A program made the position numbers and the translations under genes. The notes under the pieces were generated by a model, which saw only the letters and a list, made by a program, of their open reading frames with translations, did no database searches and was not told the origin of the DNA. Positions 47,942-58,012 of a DNA stretch of 64,000 nt are shown in pieces. The first letter of the stretch is position 1. Each line of letters begins with the position of its first letter. Source of the DNA: a virus (Duplodnaviria; Caudoviricetes); the IMG/VR virus record IMGVR_UViG_2871875081_000002, positions 1-64,000 of that record. One strand, given 5' to 3'.

Positions 47942-48553
47942 TTAACCGCCAATGCCTGGTTCACCAGCAGCTGGAGCCTTAGTAAGCCAAGCGATGCTGC
48001 GCTTACCTGCACCCTCGATAGAACCTGAGAACTTAAACGCAACTGGCTCAGTACCGGAGTTGTCCCACTGCAATGTAGCGTAGAGAGCGATGTTGGTAAT
48101 AACCATGAGGTTCTTCTTCTCGTCGTCAACAATAACGATAGTACCCTTGATCTTGAACTTCTTAGGCTCAACAGCGATACCTGTAAAGCCGGTAGTAGCG
48201 TCGAGGGTAGCGTCACCTGTACCCTTCAGAGTAACCTTGGTCAGCTCTGTGATAGCATCCTCGCCGAACATAATTGTCAGCAAGTCCTTTGTCTTTGAAG
48301 GAACAACGAACTCTACATTGAAGTCGCCGAGCTCAGCTGTGGTTGCCCAGTCGCCTGCAAGACCGATAACCTTGTAGTGGTTGATGGTTGGGTCATCCAT
48401 AGTCGCCTTCAGCGAGTCAACGGCAACCGGAAGCTCAACCTCTGGGGTGATGTCAACTGTAGCCTTGCTCAAATCGGTAATAGCCTTTGAGTAGAGCAGA
48501 GTTTTAGGACCATTGAAAATGTCCTTCATCTTGTCAATAGTTGTCATAGCCAT
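47942..48553 (-). CDS. Major tail (tube) protein
   Basis: 203-aa beta-rich protein upstream of the chaperone and tape measure. Confidence 0.75.
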   Translation of the reverse strand: MAMTTIDKMKDIFNGPKTLLYSKAITDLSKATVDITPEVELPVAVDSLKATMDDPTINHYKVIGLAGDWATTAELGDFNVEFVVPSKTKDLLTIMFGEDAITELTKVTLKGTGDATLDATTGFTGIAVEPKKFKIKGTIVIVDDEKKNLMVITNIALYATLQWDNSGTEPVAFKFSGSIEGAGKRSIAWLTKAPAAGEPGIGG

Positions 48554-48588
48554 AATCTAAAATATTTTAAATTGTTATACCTGAATAC

Positions 48589-48996
48589 TTATTTCGTACG
48601 TAACCTTCCCTGTATGATCGTCACGGAAAAACCGGCGCCATCGTCTGTTTGTAGTGTTATACGAGGATTTGAAACAATGAGATTTTTTGTAGAGATTGGA
48701 AATCTGTCCATAATCTCCTGGATTTTCTCGTCAACGCTAGAAACATCAAATGTGTTTGGATTTCTTGCAGAAGCTTTATCGCGCACATACAATTCGATTT
48801 GAGCTGTAGTGGTGAAATCGTTGTAAACTCCACTTGAGTTCATCTCATTGTTATAGATACTAGATGGGAAGTATACCACGATATAGCTGTTGATTTTCGT
48901 ATCAACTGCCTTTGGCCGGCTCCGGGAGTAGAGCTTGTCGCAAATTCCCTTCATTGCATTACCGACATCGAAATATAGAGTCTTAATACTAACCAT
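48589..48996 (-). CDS. Tail terminator-like protein
   Basis: Position and size. Confidence 0.55.
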   Translation of the reverse strand: MVSIKTLYFDVGNAMKGICDKLYSRSRPKAVDTKINSYIVVYFPSSIYNNEMNSSGVYNDFTTTAQIELYVRDKASARNPNTFDVSSVDEKIQEIMDRFPISTKNLIVSNPRITLQTDDGAGFSVTIIQGRLRTK

Positions 48997-48999
48997 ATC

Positions 49000-49533
49000 T
49001 TACATCGTTCTAAAGTATCTAACCAAATATTCTCTAAGAGAGGTAATCACGTCGTGACCTCTCTTAACCTCGACAAACTTAGCGTAATCCACACCGGCAA
49101 CAAGGAGCATCTGCCATGTGGCATCGTACTTTCCTTTGTTGTGCTCCCTGGAAACAAGTTCATCCCACGCCGCGTTTGGACCATATTCACCACCTTCTCC
49201 GTATTCACCCTTGTAAGGTCTCCTTCCGCTGTCCTTGAAGGAGAACGAACTGCGATAATACTTATCGAGGTTGTATCTCTCTCCAGCAGCAAGGGTTACT
49301 CGGGTTGGCTCTGGGCCAGGTGCGTAATGAATCGACTGCAATGAGCCGTTGTAATATGTACCGATGGCTGTTGACTTGTACAAGTTACCGGTTACGTCAT
49401 CATAGTTTCGAGACTTGTCAGCAGCCTTCATTGTCATTTCAGCCGCATGGTCCATCTTCTGCTGCATCTTTGCTACAGCCATCTGACGGATTTTCTTCTC
49501 GACCTGTAAAAACTGACCTGATAAACTTGTCAT
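49000..49533 (-). CDS. HK97 gp10-like tail completion protein
   Basis: YDDVTGNLYKS…AGVDYAKFVE pattern. Confidence 0.65.
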   Translation of the reverse strand: MTSLSGQFLQVEKKIRQMAVAKMQQKMDHAAEMTMKAADKSRNYDDVTGNLYKSTAIGTYYNGSLQSIHYAPGPEPTRVTLAAGERYNLDKYYRSSFSFKDSGRRPYKGEYGEGGEYGPNAAWDELVSREHNKGKYDATWQMLLVAGVDYAKFVEVKRGHDVITSLREYLVRYFRTM

Positions 49534-49536
49534 AAT

Positions 49537-49914
49537 CTAAACCCTTGTCAAATTCCAATATACAACAGTCCTGTTATTATCCGGTTCGCAGTCCTTAACC
49601 ATACCTACCTCGGTGTTGTTGCCGACAGTGGAGTAGATGATGTCGCCGTCAAGAGGACATCTTTCAGCATCCCATTCGTCATATCTGACAGGAATCGATG
49701 CCTTCCTCTTGTTCTGGTCGACGTTCTTGTCTCCCTCTGTAGTGGTATCGGTGTAGCTGCGGCCTTCGCCATAGTAGAGAATGATTTCCTTGTCCTCACC
49801 AACTGGAGCATCATCATCGGCAAACGGGTCATCAGGGTCGGCTTTTCCGACGACCTTCCTCACGATCTTGATGATGTGAGGGTATCTTGGGTTTCTGATG
49901 TTTTCCTTTTCCAT
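49537..49914 (-). CDS. Head closure/stopper-like protein
   Basis: Position; start refined to 49914. Confidence 0.5.
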   Translation of the reverse strand: MEKENIRNPRYPHIIKIVRKVVGKADPDDPFADDDAPVGEDKEIILYYGEGRSYTDTTTEGDKNVDQNKRKASIPVRYDEWDAERCPLDGDIIYSTVGNNTEVGMVKDCEPDNNRTVVYWNLTRV

Positions 49915-49919
49915 ACGCC

Positions 49920-50354
49920 TTATTTGATGATGTGAGGGAGAGGTTCTCCCCAAGGAGAATAATTCGCCCTCTTTACTCCGTGGGAGGTCACCCGGAAGGT
50001 GGACTTCTTCTTGAGCATCGAATCAGGCTCCAGCTCCGCATAGATAGCGTTAGCCTCTGCCTTCATCTCGCTCCTGTCGTTGTCCGACATATCATAGCCA
50101 CCTCCCGAATGAGTCCATCCGTTATCGGAATCGGAGGTATTGTTCACCTTGCTCGGACCAAGAACAAACCATTTCAGCATGTCGGCATAGGCAAGTCTCA
50201 CCTTGTCCTTGTCGCAGGCTTCGAGGTCGATGCCGTTTTCAAGCTCCCTGTCGTGCATGATGCCCAACAGAGCCTTTATCGGCATCTCGAACTTCACCTT
50301 ATTAATAAGGTAGTCGTTCACAGTGTAAATGTTCATCTCCGAATCCATAGTCAT
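49920..50354 (-). CDS. Head-tail adaptor-like protein
   Basis: Directly downstream of the major capsid gene; helical. Confidence 0.55.
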   Translation of the reverse strand: MTMDSEMNIYTVNDYLINKVKFEMPIKALLGIMHDRELENGIDLEACDKDKVRLAYADMLKWFVLGPSKVNNTSDSDNGWTHSGGGYDMSDNDRSEMKAEANAIYAELEPDSMLKKKSTFRVTSHGVKRANYSPWGEPLPHIIK

Positions 50355-50376
50355 ACAATCTAGTTACGTTAAAGAA

Positions 50377-51558
50377 TTAACCCTTCTGGGTGATGTCGAT
50401 AATCCAACGGTAAGGAGCATCGAGCATAGCAGGAACAGAAGCGAGGAACAAGTCTGTCTTGAACTCCTGGAACATACCGTTTGCGGTAACCATGTTACGG
50501 AGCAGACCGAGACCGTTGTTTGTCTGTGCCCAAGCTACATCCACGAGCTTATTGCCGAGAGTATCGAAGATTCGCTTGTCGAGAATCTCCTTGCGCATAA
50601 AACGCAATGGCTTACCAGCAGGGCGAAGAACGACTGTTCCGTCTGCCCAACCACGAATCTCGGTAACTGTTCCGTCGAAGCGCTTGTTGTGCTCAACCTC
50701 ATCGACAATCTCGATAGGAGAAAGGCCATTGAGGTCAACAACAGACTTCAGGAACATTGCGTTGTTCGGACCGTAGTTCTGCAATACTGCCACAAAGTTA
50801 GCGTTCGCCCAGCTCTTGTACAGCTCGGCAATCTGCTTGTTCTTCAAGAATACGTTGTTGTAGTCGTTCTTGGTCATCTGCCATACGAGAGGTACATTGC
50901 GGTACTCAATATGACTGTTGCGCCAATCCTCCTCAAACTTACGCATCTGTTCGAGCAAGTCGCAGTCCGCGTCGTTCCAAGCAAGCTTACCTGCCTTCTT
51001 GAAGTTCTCAACTGGAACCTTTGCGTCATACAGAGGCTCCTGGATACCGCGACCGATCTTGTCGTAGTCGATAACACCCTTAGAACTCAACTGTGCTGAC
51101 ATGTAGGTCATGGTCATGTCAAGAGAGTCATACAATACCTGAACCTTGTCGAGATAAGCATCAACCAGGTCTGCATCGTTGCCGAACTCATCCTGGAGAA
51201 GCTTCATCTTGTGATAACGCTCTGTCGCAGTCTCACGGAAGCCGTCAGCAGCGAAGTCTGGGATTGAAGCGGTATACCACTCAATACCCTCGTGGTCGTT
51301 CTGATAGCCCTCGCCGAGAGGAGCACGGAGGTTCATCAAGGTTGCAGGGTTCAAAGTGCGAAGACGAACCTTGAAGGTTGCGTCGCCATTATTAGATGTA
51401 GGGGTGAGGTTTGGATCAATGTCACCCTGTGTCAGATACCAGCCGTTGTTACAGCGCAATACGCCGTCACGATTGACGAACTTCTGAAGGTAAGTATTGT
51501 TACCCTTACCAGTGAAGAACTTCGCAAGCTGCTCGACACCAATATCAATTTTTGCCAT
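50377..51558 (-). CDS. Major capsid protein
   Basis: 393 aa, after scaffold and decoration genes. Confidence 0.75.
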   Translation of the reverse strand: MAKIDIGVEQLAKFFTGKGNNTYLQKFVNRDGVLRCNNGWYLTQGDIDPNLTPTSNNGDATFKVRLRTLNPATLMNLRAPLGEGYQNDHEGIEWYTASIPDFAADGFRETATERYHKMKLLQDEFGNDADLVDAYLDKVQVLYDSLDMTMTYMSAQLSSKGVIDYDKIGRGIQEPLYDAKVPVENFKKAGKLAWNDADCDLLEQMRKFEEDWRNSHIEYRNVPLVWQMTKNDYNNVFLKNKQIAELYKSWANANFVAVLQNYGPNNAMFLKSVVDLNGLSPIEIVDEVEHNKRFDGTVTEIRGWADGTVVLRPAGKPLRFMRKEILDKRIFDTLGNKLVDVAWAQTNNGLGLLRNMVTANGMFQEFKTDLFLASVPAMLDAPYRWIIDITQKG

Positions 51559-51593
51559 AATCCTGAATCAATCTTTTTACGTTAGACAATAGG

Positions 51594-52367
51594 TTAAATG
51601 TGCCAGAACTCTGGGTAGAGTGACTTGTTCATCGCCTTGACAGCAGGAGGAACAGGACCCATACGGTCAAGCCACATAACGCAGTCTGGATTCAACATAC
51701 AGAAGTTGTTGTTGTTGCGAGGCTGATGATACTTGTCTCCGCCGGCATTGAAATAAGGAAAATCGTTGTCGCTCGGAGCGAAGCAGTTAGGGTTAGTCAC
51801 CATCGGCAATACCGAAGCACCTGCGCCAGCAGCCTCAACCAGTACGTCACCGACCTTCAATGCGCCGAGAGCAGCAGATAGTGTAAGTTTCCAAACATCA
51901 CCTGCTGTGGCATCGGTTGTCGCCTCAACAGCAGAAACAGTCACACCCTTTGCCTTAGTCTTGAAGTCCTTCTGGCCGATCATGATGTTGTCGCCTGGGA
52001 ATGGAATGTGAACGAATCCGTTGCGAACGATGTAGATTTCTGTATCGGTCTCAGCGGTTGTAGCCTTTGCTACACCGTAAGCCTTCAGAATCTTGAATGT
52101 TGCACCAGGACCCTCGTTGCCAGCTGTAAAACCAAGGTCGTGCTCAATCAAGTCACCGGCATAAATCTTAGCCTGACCCTTGAACGGATTGACGAGCTTA
52201 CCACCAATAGGTGGGTGAACGAAGGCATTCTTAATGAGCGCCTCAAGACCGGCAAACACATATCGGGTTCCGCCGACCTTACCTTCTGTCTGAATGATGG
52301 TCGCACCGTGGTTCAGCATGCCACGAGTACCCATCTGTTCCATGTAGGAAATAGAAGTGTTGTCCAT
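51594..52367 (-). CDS. Head decoration / minor capsid protein
   Basis: Between scaffold and capsid; A/T/G-rich beta content. Confidence 0.55.
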   Translation of the reverse strand: MDNTSISYMEQMGTRGMLNHGATIIQTEGKVGGTRYVFAGLEALIKNAFVHPPIGGKLVNPFKGQAKIYAGDLIEHDLGFTAGNEGPGATFKILKAYGVAKATTAETDTEIYIVRNGFVHIPFPGDNIMIGQKDFKTKAKGVTVSAVEATTDATAGDVWKLTLSAALGALKVGDVLVEAAGAGASVLPMVTNPNCFAPSDNDFPYFNAGGDKYHQPRNNNNFCMLNPDCVMWLDRMGPVPPAVKAMNKSLYPEFWHI

Positions 52368-52402
52368 AATCTTTTTACCTTTTTAAAATTGTTATCCTGA
52401 AA

Positions 52403-53110
52403 TTACTTCTTGTCTCCACCGCCGAATCTCTTCTTTCGACGCTCGGCCACTTCTTCCATAAACTTGTCATCATCTGTGGACGTGCCTCCGCTAGACGTGC
52501 GACTGCCTTTTGCAGGAATACCGTTTTCACCGGTAGCCTCCTTGTACTCTGCGGTGTAGATTTTCTCAGCCTTAGAAACCAGGTCGTCGATGTCGACATC
52601 TTCGTCCGGAATCTCCAGCTTTGCGATTGCAGCATTGAGGAAGTAGTTCTTCATTTCAAGGTTTGCCTTGTCGAACTTATCCTTCAAACCTGCCTTTACA
52701 GACTCGATGGTTGCCTTCCTTGCAGCCTTCTTGTCTCTTTCTGCGTTAGCTTCCTTGAGGGCTTTGATTTCTTTGAGAAGCTCGTTGTATTTGTCGTCAG
52801 GATCGCCATTCTTGGCGGCCTCCTTACGCTTGCGCTCCTCTTCCTCTTCCTTCTTCTTGCGTTCAGCCTCCTCCTTGCTCTTCTTTACCTCGTCAGAGAT
52901 ATTCTTGTGCAAGTTGCCGTTGATACGCTTCAGACGGTTTGCTAACTTGGTAACTAACTTGGTAACCAACTTGGAATTTGCTTCCTCGTCATCACCGAAA
53001 TCTTCCAAAACATCATCAAGTTCCTCATCGATGGTCTTTTGGCTAAGTTCTTTGAACTTGGTGGTATCAACCTCCTTGTTCACTAATGCTAAGAGTTCCT
53101 CTCTTGTCAT
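52403..53110 (-). CDS. Capsid scaffolding protein
   Basis: Highly charged coiled coil at the head of the capsid operon. Confidence 0.7.
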   Translation of the reverse strand: MTREELLALVNKEVDTTKFKELSQKTIDEELDDVLEDFGDDEEANSKLVTKLVTKLANRLKRINGNLHKNISDEVKKSKEEAERKKKEEEEERKRKEAAKNGDPDDKYNELLKEIKALKEANAERDKKAARKATIESVKAGLKDKFDKANLEMKNYFLNAAIAKLEIPDEDVDIDDLVSKAEKIYTAEYKEATGENGIPAKGSRTSSGGTSTDDDKFMEEVAERRKKRFGGGDKK

Positions 53111-53164
53111 GTTGTTTTTTTGATTAAAATGTTATCCCGAAAGTGGTCCCTCCACCTCGAAAAC

Positions 53165-53260
53165 GTATAAATATACCTTTTATTTTGCAAATATATGAAT
53201 AAATATGCAATTATCCAAGAAAAATTGTATATTTTTGCAGTATTAAATGTATATTTATGC
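53165..53260. promoter_or_regulatory. Divergent late promoter region: -7 elements TATATTTG (- strand, 53188-53195) and TATTTTTG (+ strand, 53230-53237) with repeated operator-like 12-mers
   Basis: TAnnTTTG on both strands between the divergent scaffold and TerL genes. Confidence 0.6.
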
Positions 53261-55551
53261 AAAAGGAAGTATTTTCAGGATTAAAATTGGATAACGGAGA
53301 GCCTATTTATACTCAAGAGTATATCCAATCATTAAGAGACGCCGATAAGAAGCATCCCGACAAGCTGAAGATCATAGCTCAGCGTGGCGGTCAGGAGCGC
53401 ATGCTGTCTATTGATGCTGATATTAAGATAGTTGGCGGCTCGCGAGGTGGACCTCTGGACGAAGACACGAGAGTGTTAACTACTAGAGGATTTATTAAAA
53501 TCAAGCATCTTAAATATGGCGACACCGTAATAGGACATGACGGTAAGGGACATAGAGTATTAGATCGAATCGATTATCCTGATAGAGATTGCTACGAAAT
53601 TGAACTATCTGACGGATCGAGTGTAGTATGCTCGGATGACCATATCTGGAATGTATCTATCGATGGCGACAGGAGATTTATACCACATCTTGCCTGTGAG
53701 ATAGCTAGTTACATCAACGAAGGCTACGACATCACTATTCCCTGCGTAAAACCTGTAGAGCTTGATGAAAAGTTCGGCCTAGCCTCTGTCGCTGAGAGAA
53801 CTGAGTCTTTAAGACGTATCATCGAAACATCGGGTAGATTTTCCGGAAAATACTGGAAGAAGACTTTCAAGACAAGAAAGAAAGCATTCGATTTCAAGTA
53901 TCTGGTTGATAGTCTCGGTTCTGTTTGCTACGTAAAAAGGAAGTCAAACAAGAAATGGGAGGTTCGATTCGATTACAGAAAGAAAGAATTAGAGAGGAGG
54001 ATTGTCAGCTGTAAACCGGTCGGCAAGCGAAACTGCTGTTGCATCGCCGTTGAGAATCCGGACTCACTATTCGTTGTCGAGGACTTTATCGTCACTCACA
54101 ACTCCAAGTCCTTCTCTTCCCTTATGGAAGTTCTGAAGGATATCAAAAATCCAGATTTTCATGCAACAATTCTTCGTAACGAAAAAGACGACTTGCAGTC
54201 CTTGGTGACAGACTCTTACAAATTGTTCTCCCAATTTGGAACTTACAATAAGTCACAGAACGATATGACCTGGAACTTCGACAACGGAGGATGGCTCAAA
54301 TTCTCGTACTACGCAGGAGCCTATCAGGATTTCAAGACACGATTCCAGGGGCGCCAGTATGCCTATGTCTGCATCGATGAGGGTACTCAGTGTCCATACA
54401 AGAAGTTCAAGTACCTATTGACCAACAACCGAAACGCAGCTCACATACGAAACCGATTCTGGATTACCTGTAACCCTGACCCGGAATCATGGGTGCGAAA
54501 GTTCATCGACTGGTGGGTTGACGAGAATGGATACATAATACCGGAGCGAGATGGAGTTATCCGCTACTGCTTCATGGATGGTGATACACCGGACTCTATC
54601 TACTGGGGTAACACAAGAGAAGAGGTATACGAACAGTGCAAGGGCATCATCGATAGCCTCTGGAAGGACAGCTACGAGGAACTTGGATACACGAAGCTCG
54701 AAATGTTCATCAAGTCGGCAACATTCGTTCGCGCTGACGTATCAGAGAACATTAAGCTTATCTCTACCGATGCCTCATATCTCGCCAACCTTGCCCAACA
54801 GGACGAGGAACAGCGCATGCGAGACCTGGAAGCTAACTGGAACTGGAAAGCTGCCGGTGATGACATGATCAAGATGGAAGACCTTGATGAAATCTACGAC
54901 AATGCAGAACAGATAGGAGATGGAAAACGCAGAGCTTCTGCCGATATCGCATTCACCGGAGGCGATAACTTCGTAATGTGGCTTTGGGAAGGATGGCATT
55001 GTAAAGACTTGGTTGTTCTGAGGCTGGACCCTAAGACACTCGTTTCGGTAGTTGAGGCCAAGCTGAGAGAGTGGGGTGTCGAGGAATGTAACTTCACTTA
55101 CGATATGCAGGGTATCGGTCAGTACTTTAAGGGATTCTTCAAGGATGCCGTCCCATTCAACAACCAGGCAGCACCTATCGCTAGGAATCATCAGGAAGAA
55201 GAAGGAATCAAATACCTATATAAGGATTTGAAGTCTCAGTGCGCATGGTTATTCTATAAGATGATAAAAGAGAAGCAGATTTCCATCGACTCGGCCCTGC
55301 TTGAAAGAAAGTATTCAGGAAACGGATTTGACAAGGTTCCTCTCAGACAGATTCTTCAGAAGGAGCGTAAGATGCTCAGACGTGACGAGAATAGCGATGA
55401 TAGGGGATTCAAGCTATTACCTAAGAAGATTGCCAAGAAATATGTCGGGCACTCGCCTGACTTCTTTGAATCTTGGTTCTACGTAATGATATTCAGTTTA
55501 ACAAAAAAGAAAAATAAAAAGGTAAAAGGATTATGGATGCTATCAAGGTAA
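53257..55551 (+). CDS. terL: Terminase large subunit containing an intein
   Basis: Walker A GGSRGG|SKS split by the intein, Walker B VCIDEG, ITCNP coupling motif, RNase H-like ASADIA…D nuclease domain. Confidence 0.9.
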   Translation: MQKEVFSGLKLDNGEPIYTQEYIQSLRDADKKHPDKLKIIAQRGGQERMLSIDADIKIVGGSRGGPLDEDTRVLTTRGFIKIKHLKYGDTVIGHDGKGHRVLDRIDYPDRDCYEIELSDGSSVVCSDDHIWNVSIDGDRRFIPHLACEIASYINEGYDITIPCVKPVELDEKFGLASVAERTESLRRIIETSGRFSGKYWKKTFKTRKKAFDFKYLVDSLGSVCYVKRKSNKKWEVRFDYRKKELERRIVSCKPVGKRNCCCIAVENPDSLFVVEDFIVTHNSKSFSSLMEVLKDIKNPDFHATILRNEKDDLQSLVTDSYKLFSQFGTYNKSQNDMTWNFDNGGWLKFSYYAGAYQDFKTRFQGRQYAYVCIDEGTQCPYKKFKYLLTNNRNAAHIRNRFWITCNPDPESWVRKFIDWWVDENGYIIPERDGVIRYCFMDGDTPDSIYWGNTREEVYEQCKGIIDSLWKDSYEELGYTKLEMFIKSATFVRADVSENIKLISTDASYLANLAQQDEEQRMRDLEANWNWKAAGDDMIKMEDLDEIYDNAEQIGDGKRRASADIAFTGGDNFVMWLWEGWHCKDLVVLRLDPKTLVSVVEAKLREWGVEECNFTYDMQGIGQYFKGFFKDAVPFNNQAAPIARNHQEEEGIKYLYKDLKSQCAWLFYKMIKEKQISIDSALLERKYSGNGFDKVPLRQILQKERKMLRRDENSDDRGFKLLPKKIAKKYVGHSPDFFESWFYVMIFSLTKKKNKKVKGLWMLSR
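53452..54102 (+). mobile_element. Class 3 intein (Pro1, W-C-T triplet), 217 aa, with degenerate endonuclease region
   Basis: Starts PLDEDTRVLT, block B VCSDDHIW, block F CCCIAV, ends IVTHN before Ser. Confidence 0.85.
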
Positions 55552-57239
55552 CAAATTTCAGAAAGATTCTCGTAAAGAAGCCTTTCTTTGAACTCACGCC
55601 AAAGGGGTACATGACCCACGATGGCTATTGCAGGAACGAGGTGTCCGATAATGAAGACCCTCAGATGCCGCAAGATACATTGTACAGAGTGATTAAGACT
55701 CAGAAGGACTTCCTTCGTGAGTTCTATCCTACGTCCCACAAAATCTTCGACAAGGATCTCTACCCTGACATCTGGAGAAAGAACCCGGAAGACGGGAAAT
55801 GGTATGTCCAGGAGATTCAAAGAACGGCATTTGCTTTCCAGCAAGTTATTCATACGAAGCACGTTCTCCACATGACAGGTAACGATATTCAGTTTGAGCT
55901 TGCCGGTGATCCTGAGATGAAGAAACAGGAAGAGTATATTAATCTTCTTGCCAAGTTTAAGAAGGGATGGTATATGCACGATATGGAGATTCGCCACTAT
56001 GAGGCTGTAAGTTCGTACATGAAGGTTGCTGAGGCTGCTGTAGTCGGATTCTTCGATAAAAACAAGAAATTCGGTACTCGCACATTGGCTTTCGATAGAG
56101 GAGACACATTGTATCCTCAGTTCGACCCTCTTACTGGTGAACTCGTTGTGTTTGCTCGCAAGTATTACGACTTCGATGAGGAAGGCAATGAAAAGATTGA
56201 ATGGGTAGAGGTGTGGGATGACAAGACATTCTACCGCTTCAAGAAGCAAGTTAACGAAGGCAAGGTCAAGGAGACTATCAAGAGAATTGCCAAGATATTC
56301 GGAATCGACGACTACACTTGCGTTGAAGAGAAAGCTCACGGCTTCCCATTTATCCCTGTTGCATACGTAAGAAACGATGACGGCCCATGCTGGTCTGTTG
56401 TGCAGAAGAACATCGAGGACTACGAGGAAGCTTTCTCTTATCTCTGCGAGAACAACAAGGCTTACGCCTTCCCTATAATGAAGTTGAAGGGCGATGGTGA
56501 CGACATTACCGTTGTTGGAGATACAGACGGATCGGCTAAGATGATTCAGATTACCGATACGAATGGTGATGCTGACTTCATTAACGGAACAGACGCTTCC
56601 GATGCATTTGCGACACAGCTCAACAAGTCGTATGACCTCATCTATGAGCTTTCGTTCACAGTAAAGCCACCGGAGCTGAAGTCGGGTGACCTTCCGGGCG
56701 TTGCCATCAAGCTGCTCTATTCTCCTGCTATCGAGGTTGCTGAGAACGATGCCAAGAAGATGCATCCGTTCCTGGATCAACTTGTTCGTATCTCAAAGTA
56801 TGGTATCGGAGTTGAAGAAAACTGCATGGCCACTATGACCGGTCTTCCTATTCACGCTTGGGTGGAAATCTATGTGCATCAGAATAAATCTGAAATAATA
56901 ACAAACTTAGCGACAGCTGTTCAGAACAACTTCCTCTCAAAGCAGACTGCATCTGAGCGTTGTCCAGACTTCCCAGTTAACGATGAATACGACCGTATCA
57001 TGCGCGAGAAGAAGAAAGAGGATCAGCAGGACCTCCTCATGGATATTCAGCGTGCGGATAACGAAACTCAAAATACAATCGAGGAGCAGAAAGCTACTGC
57101 GAATATTCAGAATGGAGGTAGTGGAAACGTACGTACGGGTCGCGGAGCTGGACGCCCAAATAAGTCAGGAACCAAATGGGACGAGAATCGGAACGCCCCG
57201 AATGAGAACAACTGGCAACACTACAACCAAACCCATTAA
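55533..57239 (+). CDS. Portal protein (SPP1-like)
   Basis: 568 aa overlapping the end of TerL; SGDLPGVAIKLLY pattern. Confidence 0.8.
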   Translation: MDAIKVTNFRKILVKKPFFELTPKGYMTHDGYCRNEVSDNEDPQMPQDTLYRVIKTQKDFLREFYPTSHKIFDKDLYPDIWRKNPEDGKWYVQEIQRTAFAFQQVIHTKHVLHMTGNDIQFELAGDPEMKKQEEYINLLAKFKKGWYMHDMEIRHYEAVSSYMKVAEAAVVGFFDKNKKFGTRTLAFDRGDTLYPQFDPLTGELVVFARKYYDFDEEGNEKIEWVEVWDDKTFYRFKKQVNEGKVKETIKRIAKIFGIDDYTCVEEKAHGFPFIPVAYVRNDDGPCWSVVQKNIEDYEEAFSYLCENNKAYAFPIMKLKGDGDDITVVGDTDGSAKMIQITDTNGDADFINGTDASDAFATQLNKSYDLIYELSFTVKPPELKSGDLPGVAIKLLYSPAIEVAENDAKKMHPFLDQLVRISKYGIGVEENCMATMTGLPIHAWVEIYVHQNKSEIITNLATAVQNNFLSKQTASERCPDFPVNDEYDRIMREKKKEDQQDLLMDIQRADNETQNTIEEQKATANIQNGGSGNVRTGRGAGRPNKSGTKWDENRNAPNENNWQHYNQTH

Positions 57240-57245
57240 TAGCCT

Positions 57246-58007
57246 ATGGATGAATTAAAACGTTCTGTCGATTACAGCAGGAAGCGCTTGCAGGCAATCC
57301 GAAACTGCGAGGACCATGTTGCAGATATTCTCTGGAAATCGACACAGAAAATAATTGCCGCAAGTAAGCGATACAGAGGTGCGGGCAGGCTCACAAACGA
57401 GTCAGCCCTGCTCTCTTACGCCAAGAACGTTACTGCTGATGCAGAGGAGAGTATCAACAGTTACATCTCTGCTTACTCCAAGGTTTCATGCAAGATTCTC
57501 GGGATTGACAACGAGAACATAGAATCGTTTCTCGTCAGCGACATCTACGGAAAGACGACATCCGAAAGAAACGCCGTCTATCTCGGAAACTTTGCTGAAG
57601 ATATTGTAAGGATGATCAAGGCAGGAACCTTGATGGGATATTCAGACCAGCAGCTCCTGTCTTCCATCCGCACAGGCTATAAAGACCCATATCACACATC
57701 AGTCATCACCAAGGCGAAGAGAAAGGACATTAACATCGATGTTCCTTCTTACGGAAAGGGCTACTACAAGAACGCCTATCAGAATATCGTAAGAAATGCT
57801 TCTCAAGTGATTGCTTTGGCGTGGGGACAGGCAGAGCAGGAGTATGGACAGGAGAATGGAGCTGTCGGGTACTTCGTTCACAGAGGGTCGTCGTTTCCTT
57901 GCCCTGTTTGCGATGATTTGTGTGGATATGTACATTCGCTTGACACGATGGTTATCCCCGCACATCCAAACTGTGTTTGCCGTGCCGAGTTTGTTTATAA
58001 AAAATAA
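57246..58007 (+). CDS. Head morphogenesis protein (SPP1 gp7 / Mu F-like)
   Basis: C-terminal CPVCDDL…PAHPNCVC. Confidence 0.75.
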   Translation: MDELKRSVDYSRKRLQAIRNCEDHVADILWKSTQKIIAASKRYRGAGRLTNESALLSYAKNVTADAEESINSYISAYSKVSCKILGIDNENIESFLVSDIYGKTTSERNAVYLGNFAEDIVRMIKAGTLMGYSDQQLLSSIRTGYKDPYHTSVITKAKRKDINIDVPSYGKGYYKNAYQNIVRNASQVIALAWGQAEQEYGQENGAVGYFVHRGSSFPCPVCDDLCGYVHSLDTMVIPAHPNCVCRAEFVYKK

Positions 58008-58012
58008 GTAGT

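Noticed and set aside
53700-54000. Active homing endonuclease in the intein
   Set aside because: The region is too short and the LAGLIDADG-like block is degenerate (SLRRIIETSG).
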